A DNA stretch of 64,000 nt. It comes from Thermoanaerobaculia bacterium. Its GTDB lineage: Bacteria; Acidobacteriota; Thermoanaerobaculia; UBA5066. The notes under the pieces are model-generated. The model was given only the letters and a program-made list of their open reading frames with translations, was not told the DNA's origin and searched no databases. Positions 11,373-20,464 of the stretch are shown in pieces; position 1 is the first letter of the stretch; each line of letters begins with the position of its first letter. The stretch covers positions 251,787-315,786 of the forward strand of contig CAWFJJ010000005.1 of the NCBI GenBank assembly GCA_963816185.1, written 5' to 3'. The translations under genes and the position numbers were made by a program.

Positions 11373-11506
11373 CGTGGCTCTCCTTCCGGTCGGGAGTGTC
11401 CAGGCCGGAAGCCATCCCACGCTCCTACGGCCGGCCTAACGGCGGCGTCGACCGGCCTTTCTCCTGGCGGGTCTCTTCTTGGACTTTCCCTTCGGGACGC
11501 GCTTCT

Positions 11507-12091
11507 TCATCGGGCGTCGGGCCGCCTTTTTCGCGGCCTTCTTTTGACGGGCTTCCGTTTCGCGGGACGCGCTTTTCTCGCGGCCTTCTTTTTCGCCGGC
11601 CGTCGCGCTTTCTCCTTCGTCTTCTTCTTCTTCGCTCCGCCGAGCGTGCGGGCCTGCTCGCGCCTCTTGCGGGCATGGAGCTTCTGTTTGACGAGCTCGT
11701 CGATCTGCGACGTCGGGACCCAGTCTTCGTCGGGGTGCAGATCCGAGGCCTGAAAAACGATGATTCGGTAGCCGTCCGGATCGAGAATCTCCGCCGAGCG
11801 GCCTGTGAACTCGTCGGTCGGCGGTCGCGTCACCGTGACGCCGCGCTCCTTGAGCTTTGCGATCGTCTCGTCGAGCGACCAGGTAGAAAAAACCGCGGCG
11901 ACCTGGTTGCGCGACGGCACTTCGCCGGGACGCAAGGGAGTGAGCTTGAGAAGCAAAGGACCAAGCGCGAATTCGACCCAGTCGTTCTCGAAGCCGCCCC
12001 CCTCAGGCAGTCCGAGGGTCTCACCATAGAAGCGGCGTGAACGCGGAAAATCGCTTGCGGAAACATGAATCCGCCTGAGGGCGAGGAACAT
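11507..12091 (-). CDS. VOC (glyoxalase/bleomycin-resistance) family protein with Lys/Arg-rich tail
   Basis: 'SRRFYGETLGL', 'LKERGV', 'DPDGYRI'; GGAGG 7 nt before ATG 12091. Confidence 0.85.
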   Translation of the reverse strand: MFLALRRIHVSASDFPRSRRFYGETLGLPEGGGFENDWVEFALGPLLLKLTPLRPGEVPSRNQVAAVFSTWSLDETIAKLKERGVTVTRPPTDEFTGRSAEILDPDGYRIIVFQASDLHPDEDWVPTSQIDELVKQKLHARKRREQARTLGGAKKKKTKEKARRPAKKKAARKARPAKRKPVKRRPRKRRPDAR

Positions 12092-12241
12092 CTTCAAACC
12101 TCCGAATCCGTCTCCCGGAAGAACGCCGGCCCCGAAAATCCCCTGGAACCTTGGGCGAGACTGTCCGCGTTCCTCCCGTTCCGGGGGAGCCGGCCAGAAC
12201 TGATTCCGGAGCTTGGATTCTAGAAGGAAGTGGTTGAGTTT

Positions 12242-12679
12242 TCAATCACTTTCGTGCTGATGACTCGTTCCTCCGCAAGGCTCGACCCAGACGGCGCCGG
12301 AGGGGCCGGACTCGCGCTTCCAGATCGGAACCCGGGCCTTGATCGCCTCGATTCCGGCTCGACAGGCCGCGAAGGCCTCCGCCCGATGAGGAGCCGAAGC
12401 CGCGACGACCACCGCGACGTCCCCTACCGCCAGTGCGCCAACCCTATGGCGGAAAAGCACTTGCGCGTCAGGGTGGCTACGGGCGAGGTCCTCCGCGATG
12501 CGGGCCATCTCTTTCTCGGCCATGGGGCCGTAGGCTTCGTAATCGAGCCGTTCCACCTTGTGGCCCTCGTTTTCGTCCCGCACGACACCCACGAAGAGCG
12601 CCAGCCCGCCGTCTTTATCCCGCCTGAGGACGTTCAACAGCGCGGCGGGATCGAGCGGGTCCGTCGAAAGGAAGCTCAC
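12242..12679 (-). CDS. moaE: molybdopterin synthase catalytic subunit
   Basis: 'FVGVVR', 'LDYEAY', 'HRVG', 'SAPHRAEAF', 'PIWKRE'. Confidence 0.95.
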   Translation of the reverse strand: MSFLSTDPLDPAALLNVLRRDKDGGLALFVGVVRDENEGHKVERLDYEAYGPMAEKEMARIAEDLARSHPDAQVLFRHRVGALAVGDVAVVVAASAPHRAEAFAACRAGIEAIKARVPIWKRESGPSGAVWVEPCGGTSHQHESD

Positions 12680-12714
12680 GAAAACATGATAAGACCCAAG
12701 GCGGGAAATCGAAT

Positions 12715-13482
12715 ATGACGACGCGCCGCCGCCGCGTCCTGGCCGTCTCCGCGCTCAAGGGCGGCGTGGGGAAGACGACGACCGCCGTGAACCTGGCGGC
12801 GGCGGCCGCTCGCGCCGGGCGCCGCACGCTCCTCGTGGATGCCGATCCCCAGGGCGGCGTCGGAATGTCCCTCGGACTCGCTCCCGAAGCGCGAGGCCTC
12901 GCGGCCTGGGTGACGAAGGACGCCTCCTTCGAGGATTCGGTGGTGCGTGCCTCTCGCGAAAATCTCGACGTCCTGCCTTCCGGCGAGCGGCTCCTCGAAG
13001 TCGAAGACGTGTTCCGGGAGAAAGGGAAGGAAAAGCGCAGAACCCGCCTCGAAAGGCGCTTCGAGACGCTCGGCGAGGAGGGGTACGAGGTCGTCATCCT
13101 CGACTGTCCGCCCGCGGCTTCGCTCCTCCTCGAGAACGTGTATCACGTCGCGGACGAGCTCATCCTGCCCGCGAAGCTCGACTTTCTCTCGCTCCCGGCG
13201 CTCGAGAAGACGCGTCTCTTCGTGAAGGAGGAGAACGTCTCACGCGAAAAGCCGCTCCGGATCGCGGGCGTCCTGCCGACGTTCTACGACCTGAGGACCG
13301 CCGTCTCGACGGAGCTCCTCGACACGTTGCGCGAGCGCTTCACGAAGATCCTCTCGCCGATCCGCATCAACGTCGCGCTCGCCGAGGCGCCCTCCGTCGG
13401 GAAGACGATCTTCGAGTTCGACGGGTCTTCGCGAGGCGCGGTCGATTACGCGCTCCTCGCGGAGGATCTGAAGCTGGCCTGA
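12715..13482 (+). CDS. ParA/Soj family ATPase (no adjacent parB)
   Basis: KGGVGKTT deviant Walker A, 'DADPQG', 'ILDCPP', 'LAEAPS.G'. Confidence 0.92.
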   Translation: MTTRRRRVLAVSALKGGVGKTTTAVNLAAAAARAGRRTLLVDADPQGGVGMSLGLAPEARGLAAWVTKDASFEDSVVRASRENLDVLPSGERLLEVEDVFREKGKEKRRTRLERRFETLGEEGYEVVILDCPPAASLLLENVYHVADELILPAKLDFLSLPALEKTRLFVKEENVSREKPLRIAGVLPTFYDLRTAVSTELLDTLRERFTKILSPIRINVALAEAPSVGKTIFEFDGSSRGAVDYALLAEDLKLA

Positions 13483-13497
13483 AGGGGACGGCATTCT

Positions 13498-15897
13498 TCA
13501 GACCGCCGGGGGGATCTTCACCCGGCGGACGATCGCCTGGAAGCGTGGCTCGGAGCGGAGCGGATCCCACGGCGAGAACACCCGGAGAAACACGAGGCGG
13601 CCCTCGCGCTCGTCGGCGGATTTTTCCAGCCAGCCGAGGGCTTTCTCCTTATGGCCAAGGCCGACCTCGACGAGCGCGAACGCCATCGCCGAGACGAATC
13701 GCTCTTTCGACATTGCCTCGAGCCGGTCGAGAGCGTTTTCCGCCTCTGCGCGCCGACCGGTCCGTCCGCAGACGTGGCCCCAGGCGGCGATCGGATCCGG
13801 CTGGCCCTCCTCGAGCTTCATGGCGCGCGTGAACTCCGACATGGCCTCGTCCGTGTGCCCGGCTCTGAGCTGAGAGAAGCCGAGGAAGATCCGCGTCAGC
13901 GCCGATGCGGGGTCCAGGTCGACCGCTTCCTTGAGTCGGGTCACCGCCTCCGCGTCGTCGCCGGCGAAATAGGAAGCCATCCCCACGTCCATGTTGATCC
14001 ATACGTTCAGGGGGTCGAGCTGCCGCGCGAGGCGGATCTCCCGGAGGGATTCGTCGAAGCGGCTCGACGCGCTGAGAAGGTTCGAATACCACTGGTGCGC
14101 GACCGCGTCGTTCGGATTGAGGGCGATCGCCGTGAGGAATCCCTCTTCCGCGCTTTTCCAGTCCCAGTCGAACTCGTATTTGGCGTCCGCGAGCGCGGCA
14201 CGTGCGCCGCTCAACGTCGGATCGAGCTCGATGGCGCGGAGAGCCGCCGCACGCTGCTTCGGGAGGATCTCGCCGGGCGGCTGCATTCCGTAGAACGCAC
14301 GCAGGTTGTACACGTCCGCGAGGCCCGCCCAGGCGAGGGCTTCTTTCGGGTCGCGCTCGAGGACCTTCTGGAACAGGGCGAGGCTCTTCTCGTAGCCCTC
14401 TTCGGTCCGCCTGTTCCAGTGGTAGCGCGCGCGCAGGTAGAGGTCCCAGGCCTCGGGATCGTGTGACGAGCGATTGGCGAGGCGCTGCTTGTCGGCCCCG
14501 GTCAGCGGGAGATTCAGCGAGCGCGAGATCCTCTCCGCGATCTCGGCGGGCAGGGCGGAGGTACTCGAGCTCGGGTTCGTGAGCCGATCCCCCCAGATGT
14601 GCGTGCCGTGTTGCACGTCGATGAGCTCCGCCTGCACCGAGATGGAGTCTCCGCGTCTTTGCACGCGGCCGGACAGGGCGGCCTGGACCCCGAGCTTCTG
14701 CCCGGCCTTGCGGGGATCTTTTTCCTCGAGGCTGAACACCGTCGTCCGCGCCATCACGCGCAGTCCGGGCACCCGGGACAGGATGTTGATGAGATCCTCC
14801 GTGATCCCCTCGGCGAGGTACTCGTCCTCGGTTTTCCCCGTGTCGTTGACGAAGGGAAGAACGGCGAGGGAATCGAACCGTCCGGAAGACCGGTGGAGAC
14901 GCGGCAGGACGAGCGCGGCGAGCGCGGCCGCTGCGACGAGGCATGCGGCGATGAGAGCCGTGCGGCTTCGGCCTTTCATCTCCGGGGGAGGGGTCACGAG
15001 GGTCGGCGCGACGGGCCCGCTCCGCGCGGCACCTGGCGCCGTCGCCGTGAGCTTCAGGGCGAAGGCGAGGTCCCGCGCCGTCTGGAACCTCTGTCCGGGA
15101 TCCTTCTCGAGGCAGCGCAGGATGAGCAGCCGGAGGTCCTCCGGGATGCCGGGCGCGAGGTCGGCGGGGTCGGTGGGATCCTTGCGCAGTGTCGCGACGA
15201 GAACCTCGGGTCCGGTCTCGCCGGCGAACGTCCTCTTGCCCGTCACCATCTCGTAGAGAACACAGCCGAACGAGAAGATGTCGCTTCGCGCGTCGGCGGG
15301 CCTCCGCCGGATCTGCTCCGGCGAGATGTAGCCCGCCGTTCCCACGAGGGTGCCGGTCTCGGTGATCGCAACCTCCTCGTTCGAGCCGCCAGACGAGGAT
15401 TCGCCCGGGTCCAACGTGGCGATCCCGAAATCGAGGATCTTCACGCGCCCGTCCGAAGTCAGAAAAATGTTGCTGGGCTTCAAATCGCGGTGAACGACGC
15501 CGTTCGCGTGCGCGGCCCCGAGCCCCTCGGCGACGCTGAGACCGATCTCGACGGCCTTCCGCCAGGGGAGCGGGCTGCGGAGCGGTCCCTGCCCCAGCCT
15601 CTCGCCGAGAGTCTGGCCCTCGAGAAGCTCGCTGACGGCGAAGCTGACGCCGCCCGCGGAACCCACGTCGTGGATGTCGAGGATGTTCGGGTGCGACAAG
15701 GCGGCCACGGCCCGCGTCTCGCGCTCGAACCGTGCACGTGCGGCCGTATCGAGCGCGAGAGTCTCGGAAAGAACCTTCACGGCGACCTCGCGGCCGAGCC
15801 GCGTGTCGCGTGCCCGGTAGACCTCGCCCATCCCGCCGGCGCCGATCGGCGCCAGGATTTCGTAGGCCCCGAGGCGCGTTCCCTCGCGGAGTGTCAC
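13498..15897 (-). CDS. Ser/Thr protein kinase with TM, TolB-like and TPR domains
   Basis: GAGGMGEV, VAVK, HRDLKPSN, DFG, SPEQ; 'SLAVLPFVN' TolB-N; TPR repeats. Confidence 0.95.
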   Translation of the reverse strand: MTLREGTRLGAYEILAPIGAGGMGEVYRARDTRLGREVAVKVLSETLALDTAARARFERETRAVAALSHPNILDIHDVGSAGGVSFAVSELLEGQTLGERLGQGPLRSPLPWRKAVEIGLSVAEGLGAAHANGVVHRDLKPSNIFLTSDGRVKILDFGIATLDPGESSSGGSNEEVAITETGTLVGTAGYISPEQIRRRPADARSDIFSFGCVLYEMVTGKRTFAGETGPEVLVATLRKDPTDPADLAPGIPEDLRLLILRCLEKDPGQRFQTARDLAFALKLTATAPGAARSGPVAPTLVTPPPEMKGRSRTALIAACLVAAAALAALVLPRLHRSSGRFDSLAVLPFVNDTGKTEDEYLAEGITEDLINILSRVPGLRVMARTTVFSLEEKDPRKAGQKLGVQAALSGRVQRRGDSISVQAELIDVQHGTHIWGDRLTNPSSSTSALPAEIAERISRSLNLPLTGADKQRLANRSSHDPEAWDLYLRARYHWNRRTEEGYEKSLALFQKVLERDPKEALAWAGLADVYNLRAFYGMQPPGEILPKQRAAALRAIELDPTLSGARAALADAKYEFDWDWKSAEEGFLTAIALNPNDAVAHQWYSNLLSASSRFDESLREIRLARQLDPLNVWINMDVGMASYFAGDDAEAVTRLKEAVDLDPASALTRIFLGFSQLRAGHTDEAMSEFTRAMKLEEGQPDPIAAWGHVCGRTGRRAEAENALDRLEAMSKERFVSAMAFALVEVGLGHKEKALGWLEKSADEREGRLVFLRVFSPWDPLRSEPRFQAIVRRVKIPPAV

Positions 15898-15931
15898 CGG
15901 TGGCTCCAGGGGATTCTATTCTCGAGTCTTC

Positions 15932-17203
15932 TCAGAACTCCTTTGTGAACGAGAAATACAAGGCGTTGCGGCCCGTGGAAGAAGCGCCGTCCTTGCGGGT
16001 CTCGAGGCCGAAATTGCGCGAGACGAAAAGCTCGATCGAGGAGTCCCACAAAAAGCCGCTCGTGAGTCCCACGGTGACACCGTCGAGCCAATCCGTGCGG
16101 TTCGTGAAGCCTCCCTGCGCATCGAACCGAACGCGGTCCGCCCGCGCCAGCGTGCCGCGCGCGGAGAGGAAGAGGAAGAACAGCGCTTCGAAGCGGTATT
16201 CCAGGTTCAGGATGCCGTAGCCGCGCGTCGCGATCTCGTCGAAGGCGGCCGCGGGAAGGATGGGCTGCGAGAGGCTTTCGAAATCACCCGCGTTGGATCC
16301 TCCCGAGAGACGCAGGGCGGAAAAGCGGTCCAGGCTCGAGCCGGCGCCGCCGTACGCCGAAAGGAGAAGGCGATGACGTTCGCTGTTTACGAACGGGACG
16401 GGAAGCGCCGCCAGCGCGTAGCCGCTGATCGCCGACCAGATCCGCGTCTCGTCGGCCGCATGGGGTCCGGTCGGGCCACCGCCCCAGTCCTGCCAGCCCG
16501 CGCGGTGCGCCCAGAGAGCGTCGAGCCCCCCGCCGAAACCCCGGTGGGGCAGTTCGAGGAGATTTCGCTCGAACGCGTCCGCTCGGACGCGGCCGTGGAC
16601 GCGGCCCTCGTATGCATCCGAGGGAAGGCGGAAAGAGTCGAGCGTGTCGGAGCCGCGCCGGAAGAAGAGGACGCCTGGCTCGTACGTCAGCGCGGCCTCG
16701 ACGGCGTTGTCCTGAAGGGAGGGAGCGATCGTGAAGCGCGTTCCGAGGCCGACGCCCGCCCGCACGACTGACCATTCCAGCTCCTCGGACGCGATCCGGC
16801 GCCCCTCGACGTACTCCGAGCGGGCCCACGGGAGCGTGGTGTTCTCGAACGTGAGGACGCTTTCGAGCCTTCCGGAAAGCCTCCGGTTCCAGCGGACGTC
16901 GTCGTAGATGCCCAGGAGCACCGCGCGGAAACGCTCCTCGCCGCCGTTCCTGTTTCGCCAGAGGAGAACCGCTCCTTGGGGAACGAGCGTCCGGCTCTCC
17001 GGGCCGTCGGGAATCCATTGGAGCGCGGCCCAGAGCTCGGTGACGCGAGTCCGGTCCCGCGCGGGAACGTCCACCGGCTTCCCGAAGAGGGTCCCCGTGA
17101 ACGCTTCACCGGCGAGGGCCGTTCGACCTTCCTGCGCGACCGCGGGCCGCGCCAGGCTGCAACAGCCGAGAAGGCAGAGCAGAAACGCCCGGCCGGCTCT
17201 CAT
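15932..17203 (-). CDS. putative outer-membrane beta-barrel protein
   Basis: Signal peptide, alternating beta-strand pattern, C-terminal 'LYFSFTKEF' beta-signal. Confidence 0.65.
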   Translation of the reverse strand: MRAGRAFLLCLLGCCSLARPAVAQEGRTALAGEAFTGTLFGKPVDVPARDRTRVTELWAALQWIPDGPESRTLVPQGAVLLWRNRNGGEERFRAVLLGIYDDVRWNRRLSGRLESVLTFENTTLPWARSEYVEGRRIASEELEWSVVRAGVGLGTRFTIAPSLQDNAVEAALTYEPGVLFFRRGSDTLDSFRLPSDAYEGRVHGRVRADAFERNLLELPHRGFGGGLDALWAHRAGWQDWGGGPTGPHAADETRIWSAISGYALAALPVPFVNSERHRLLLSAYGGAGSSLDRFSALRLSGGSNAGDFESLSQPILPAAAFDEIATRGYGILNLEYRFEALFFLFLSARGTLARADRVRFDAQGGFTNRTDWLDGVTVGLTSGFLWDSSIELFVSRNFGLETRKDGASSTGRNALYFSFTKEF

Positions 17204-17283
17204 CTGATGATCCTTCCGTCCCCTACGACGAGCTGTTCAGAAGATGGGAGCCGGGAACGAAGCTGTAAATGATGAGAATGAAT

Positions 17284-17838
17284 CTAAGGGTTCCGGGGGT
17301 CATAGCTTCTTCCTTCGGCCGACGAGGAAGCGGTGGAAGAAGGGACCGGCTCGAGACGCAGGACGACGAGCGGAGGATCCAGCTTGTAGGCGGCCCCGTC
17401 GCCGTGGTCGATGAGAAACCCGGCGCCGGAGAGCGCCACGCCTCCGATTACGGCGCCCGTTGCAGCCCCTTCGAAGGCCAGAAAGCCCGAGTCGCTCCTG
17501 TGGCCGATGGCGCCCCCGGCGACGACCCCGACGGGAATGCCGATCGTATCGAGCCAGACCAGGCCCGAGTCCTTCCGCGTTAACGCGACGCGTCTCGTCT
17601 CGTAGCCTTCCTTCTCGACGACGATCTCGAGGGCCTTTTCCTTTCTCTTCAGCCTCAGGACGCCGGGGGTCGTGATCTTCTGATCCCCCACCGAGGCGAT
17701 CGCGCCCGGCGGATCGGTCTCGACGCGCACATTCTGGTGGGTCCCATGGATCATGGTCGCGCAGCCGGAAAGGAACGGTGCAAGCGCGAGCAAGAGCGAG
17801 GTTCCGAGGGGTCGGAGGCCTGTGCAACGAGCGTTCAT
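17284..17838 (-). CDS. PEGA-domain lipoprotein
   Basis: Lipobox LSGC, 'ATMIHGTHQNVRVETDPPGA', 'TPG', 'KEGY'; glycine-zipper C-terminus. Confidence 0.8.
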   Translation of the reverse strand: MNARCTGLRPLGTSLLLALAPFLSGCATMIHGTHQNVRVETDPPGAIASVGDQKITTPGVLRLKRKEKALEIVVEKEGYETRRVALTRKDSGLVWLDTIGIPVGVVAGGAIGHRSDSGFLAFEGAATGAVIGGVALSGAGFLIDHGDGAAYKLDPPLVVLRLEPVPSSTASSSAEGRSYDPRNP

Positions 17839-17934
17839 GGCGCTTCTCCTTTTCTCTCGGGAGAACGTGGAGCCGCTCGTGCCCGGCAGTCTTCAAGGAT
17901 TTCCGGGGTTCTTCTGGTATTTTTCGTGAAACCC

Positions 17935-18612
17935 ATGCGCCTCGGGTTCGGGGATTGCGTCTTCGACTCGGACACGCGCGAGCTCACGCGCGGAGGCAAA
18001 GCCGTTCACGTTTCCCCGAAGGCCTTCCGCCTGCTCGATCTCCTGCTGAAGAGCCGGCCGCGGGCGCTCTCGAAGGCAGAGCTCAAGGACGCGATCTGGC
18101 CGAAGACGTTCGTTCTCGAGACGAATCTCGCGAACCTCGCGGCGGAGCTGCGCGCCGCTCTCGGCGAAAAGGGCCGGAACTCCCGCTTCGTCCGGACGGT
18201 CCACGGCTTCGGCTACGCGTTCTCGGGTGAAGCCCGGGGAGAGGGGGAATCGAAGCAGTCGAAAGGGGCGTCCTTCCGCCTGCTCGCCGGTGACGAGGAA
18301 TTCCTCCTCCGGGAAGGCAGGACGGTCGTCGGGCGCGACAGGTCTGCGGAGGTCTTCCTCGACGACTCGACGGTCTCGAGGCGGCATGCGCGGCTCGTCG
18401 TCGACGGACCGAACGTCACGATCGAGGATCTGGGCAGCAAGAACGGGACGTTCGTCTCCGGCCGCAAGGTGGAAGGTGTCGCGGCCCTGAAGGACGGAGA
18501 CGAGATCCAGGTCGGATCGGTCTTCGTGACGTTCCAGGCGGTGCCCGAAGCGCGATCGACTGCCACCGCGCGCCGCAGGTCGACGGCCTCGCGTCGGCTG
18601 AAGGCCTTGTAG
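17935..18612 (+). CDS. winged-helix (OmpR/CadC-type) DNA-binding plus FHA domain regulator
   Basis: 'RTVHGFGYAF' wHTH end; FHA motifs GR, SRRHA, 'DLGSKNGT'. Confidence 0.92.
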   Translation: MRLGFGDCVFDSDTRELTRGGKAVHVSPKAFRLLDLLLKSRPRALSKAELKDAIWPKTFVLETNLANLAAELRAALGEKGRNSRFVRTVHGFGYAFSGEARGEGESKQSKGASFRLLAGDEEFLLREGRTVVGRDRSAEVFLDDSTVSRRHARLVVDGPNVTIEDLGSKNGTFVSGRKVEGVAALKDGDEIQVGSVFVTFQAVPEARSTATARRRSTASRRLKAL

Positions 18613-18622
18613 AGGTAGAGCG

Positions 18623-18865
18623 CTAGCCGCCGGCGACGGGAGGCAGAAGCGCGACGGTGTCGCCCGGCGTGACGGGGTCGGTTTCCCGCGCCCACGCCTC
18701 ATTGACCGCGAGCTTCGCGCGCGTCCCGAAGCGCGCGATGGCGGGATGGGCGGCCTCGAGGGCGCGCCTCAGTGACGTGACCGTGGCCGGCTCGGGCACC
18801 TCGACCGCAATCGTGCGTCCGACCGCGTCCCTCAGCGAGGCAAAGAGGAGAACCTCGACTTTCAC
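18623..18865 (-). CDS. moaD: molybdopterin synthase sulfur carrier
   Basis: 'LFASLRD', 'AVNE', C-terminal PPVAGG. Confidence 0.93.
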   Translation of the reverse strand: MKVEVLLFASLRDAVGRTIAVEVPEPATVTSLRRALEAAHPAIARFGTRAKLAVNEAWARETDPVTPGDTVALLPPVAGG

Positions 18866-18918
18866 CTTGGCGATCTTACGTTGGGCCGCCGCGCCTAGAA
18901 TCGCGCGCCGGAGGACTC

Positions 18919-19704
18919 ATGGCGGACGGACGTCTCGCGGGAAAGAACGCGCTCGTGACGGGGGCGGGCCGGGGAATCGGGCGGGCCATCGCGCTCAGGC
19001 TCGCGGAAGAAGGCGCGCACGTGGCGGTGGGCGTGCGCAAGGAGAACGAAGGCGCGGCCGTCGTGGCCGAGATCCGGGAGGCAGGCGGGTCGGCCTCGAC
19101 CGTCCTCCTCGATGTCGTGGACGCCGCCTCCGTCGCCACGGGCGTCGAGCGGGCAGCGCGCCCGGACCGGCGCCTCGACATCCTCGTGAACAACGCGGGG
19201 GTCGGGGGGCCGACTCCGTTCGACGGCGACGAACGCTCGGACGGGGCCTGGCAGAGGATCCTGGACGTGAACCTCACGGGGACATGGCGCGTCTGCCGTG
19301 CGGTGCGGCCGTTCCTGCCCGACGGGGGGCGCATCGTGAACCTCTCGTCGGTGACGGGACGCTTCGGGGCCGCCGGCATGGCCGCGTACAGCACGTCCAA
19401 GCACGGCATCATCGGGCTCACGCGCACGCTCGCTCTGGAGCTCGCTCCGCGGAAGATCACGGTGAACGCCGTCTGTCCGGGCTGGGTCGACACGGACATG
19501 GGGCGTTCGGGAATCGCCCTGATGGGAAAGACGATGGGGAAGAGCGTGGACGAGGCGCTCGCTTTCGCTGCGAAGATGGCGCCCCTCGGCGAGGTCCTCT
19601 CGTCGCCCGAGATCGCGGGCCTCGTCGCCTATCTCGCGTCTCCAGAGGCGAAGAACGTGACCGGCCAGGCCATCGTGATAGACGGCGGCCAGGTGATGCC
19701 GTGA
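18919..19704 (+). CDS. SDR family oxidoreductase
   Basis: TGAGRGIG, NNAG, YSTSK. Confidence 0.93.
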   Translation: MADGRLAGKNALVTGAGRGIGRAIALRLAEEGAHVAVGVRKENEGAAVVAEIREAGGSASTVLLDVVDAASVATGVERAARPDRRLDILVNNAGVGGPTPFDGDERSDGAWQRILDVNLTGTWRVCRAVRPFLPDGGRIVNLSSVTGRFGAAGMAAYSTSKHGIIGLTRTLALELAPRKITVNAVCPGWVDTDMGRSGIALMGKTMGKSVDEALAFAAKMAPLGEVLSSPEIAGLVAYLASPEAKNVTGQAIVIDGGQVMP

Positions 19705-19735
19705 GCTCCGGAATACACGACGGCTGCCGGCGGAC

Positions 19736-20452
19736 TTGAGAAACATCAGAGCCGTTTTCTTCGACGCGGGGCAGACGCTTCTCGAAGCGGATCCGCCGGT
19801 CGAGGCGGTCTATCGCGAGGCGTTCGCGACGCACGGGGTCGAGGCGGACCTCGAGGCGGTGCACCGCGCCGTGCACGCGACCTGGCGGGAGGTCGATGCG
19901 CGGCGCGAACGCGGCGAGGAACGCTGGGGCGGGCTGGAGGGCGAGGCCGGCTTCTGGCGGCGCTTCGTCGAGGAGGTCTTCGGCCGCTCGGGAGGGACAG
20001 GGCTTCCGGAGCCTCTTCTCGAGGGCCTCATCGCGCACTTCCGCCAGGACAAGCACTGGAAGGTGTACCCCGAGACGCGCGAGGTCCTCTCGGCGCTTCG
20101 CAGCGCGGGGATGAATCTTCTCGTCGTCAGCAACTGGGACTCGACGCTTCCGGGCCTTCTCGAGCGGCTGGGCCTCCTGCCTTTCTTCGACGGCGTCGTC
20201 GTCTCCGCGGTTTTCGGGTCGTCGAAGCCTTCGCGTGCCATCTTCGACGAGGCCGTCCGGCTCGCGGGCGTCCCGCATGCGGAGGCGCTGCACGTGGGCG
20301 ATTCGCTCATCGACGACTACCGCGGCGCTCGCGCGGCGGGTCTTCACGCTCTGCTTCTCGACCGCGGAGGGCAACGCTGCCCTCCCGAGGTCGAGTCCAT
20401 CGCGTCCCTGGCCGAGCTGCCCGCCCGGTTGGGCGGACACTTCACGGCTTAG
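19736..20452 (+). CDS. HAD-IA family hydrolase (REG-2-like)
   Basis: FFDAGQTL, VSNWD, KP, HVGDS..DD. Confidence 0.9.
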   Translation: MRNIRAVFFDAGQTLLEADPPVEAVYREAFATHGVEADLEAVHRAVHATWREVDARRERGEERWGGLEGEAGFWRRFVEEVFGRSGGTGLPEPLLEGLIAHFRQDKHWKVYPETREVLSALRSAGMNLLVVSNWDSTLPGLLERLGLLPFFDGVVVSAVFGSSKPSRAIFDEAVRLAGVPHAEALHVGDSLIDDYRGARAAGLHALLLDRGGQRCPPEVESIASLAELPARLGGHFTA

Positions 20453-20464
20453 ACTCCCCGGGAC

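Noticed and set aside
9067-11439. Long antisense ORFs (also 1774-2628 extension, 19457..21625, 23236..25242, 30497..33094, 46850..49480, 61708..63774)
   Set aside because: These are shadow ORFs of recognisable genes, expected in high-GC DNA where stops are scarce.
15929-15937. TTCTCAGAA as another motif site
   Set aside because: It has only the short core, which is common here, with no extended flanks or partner sites.
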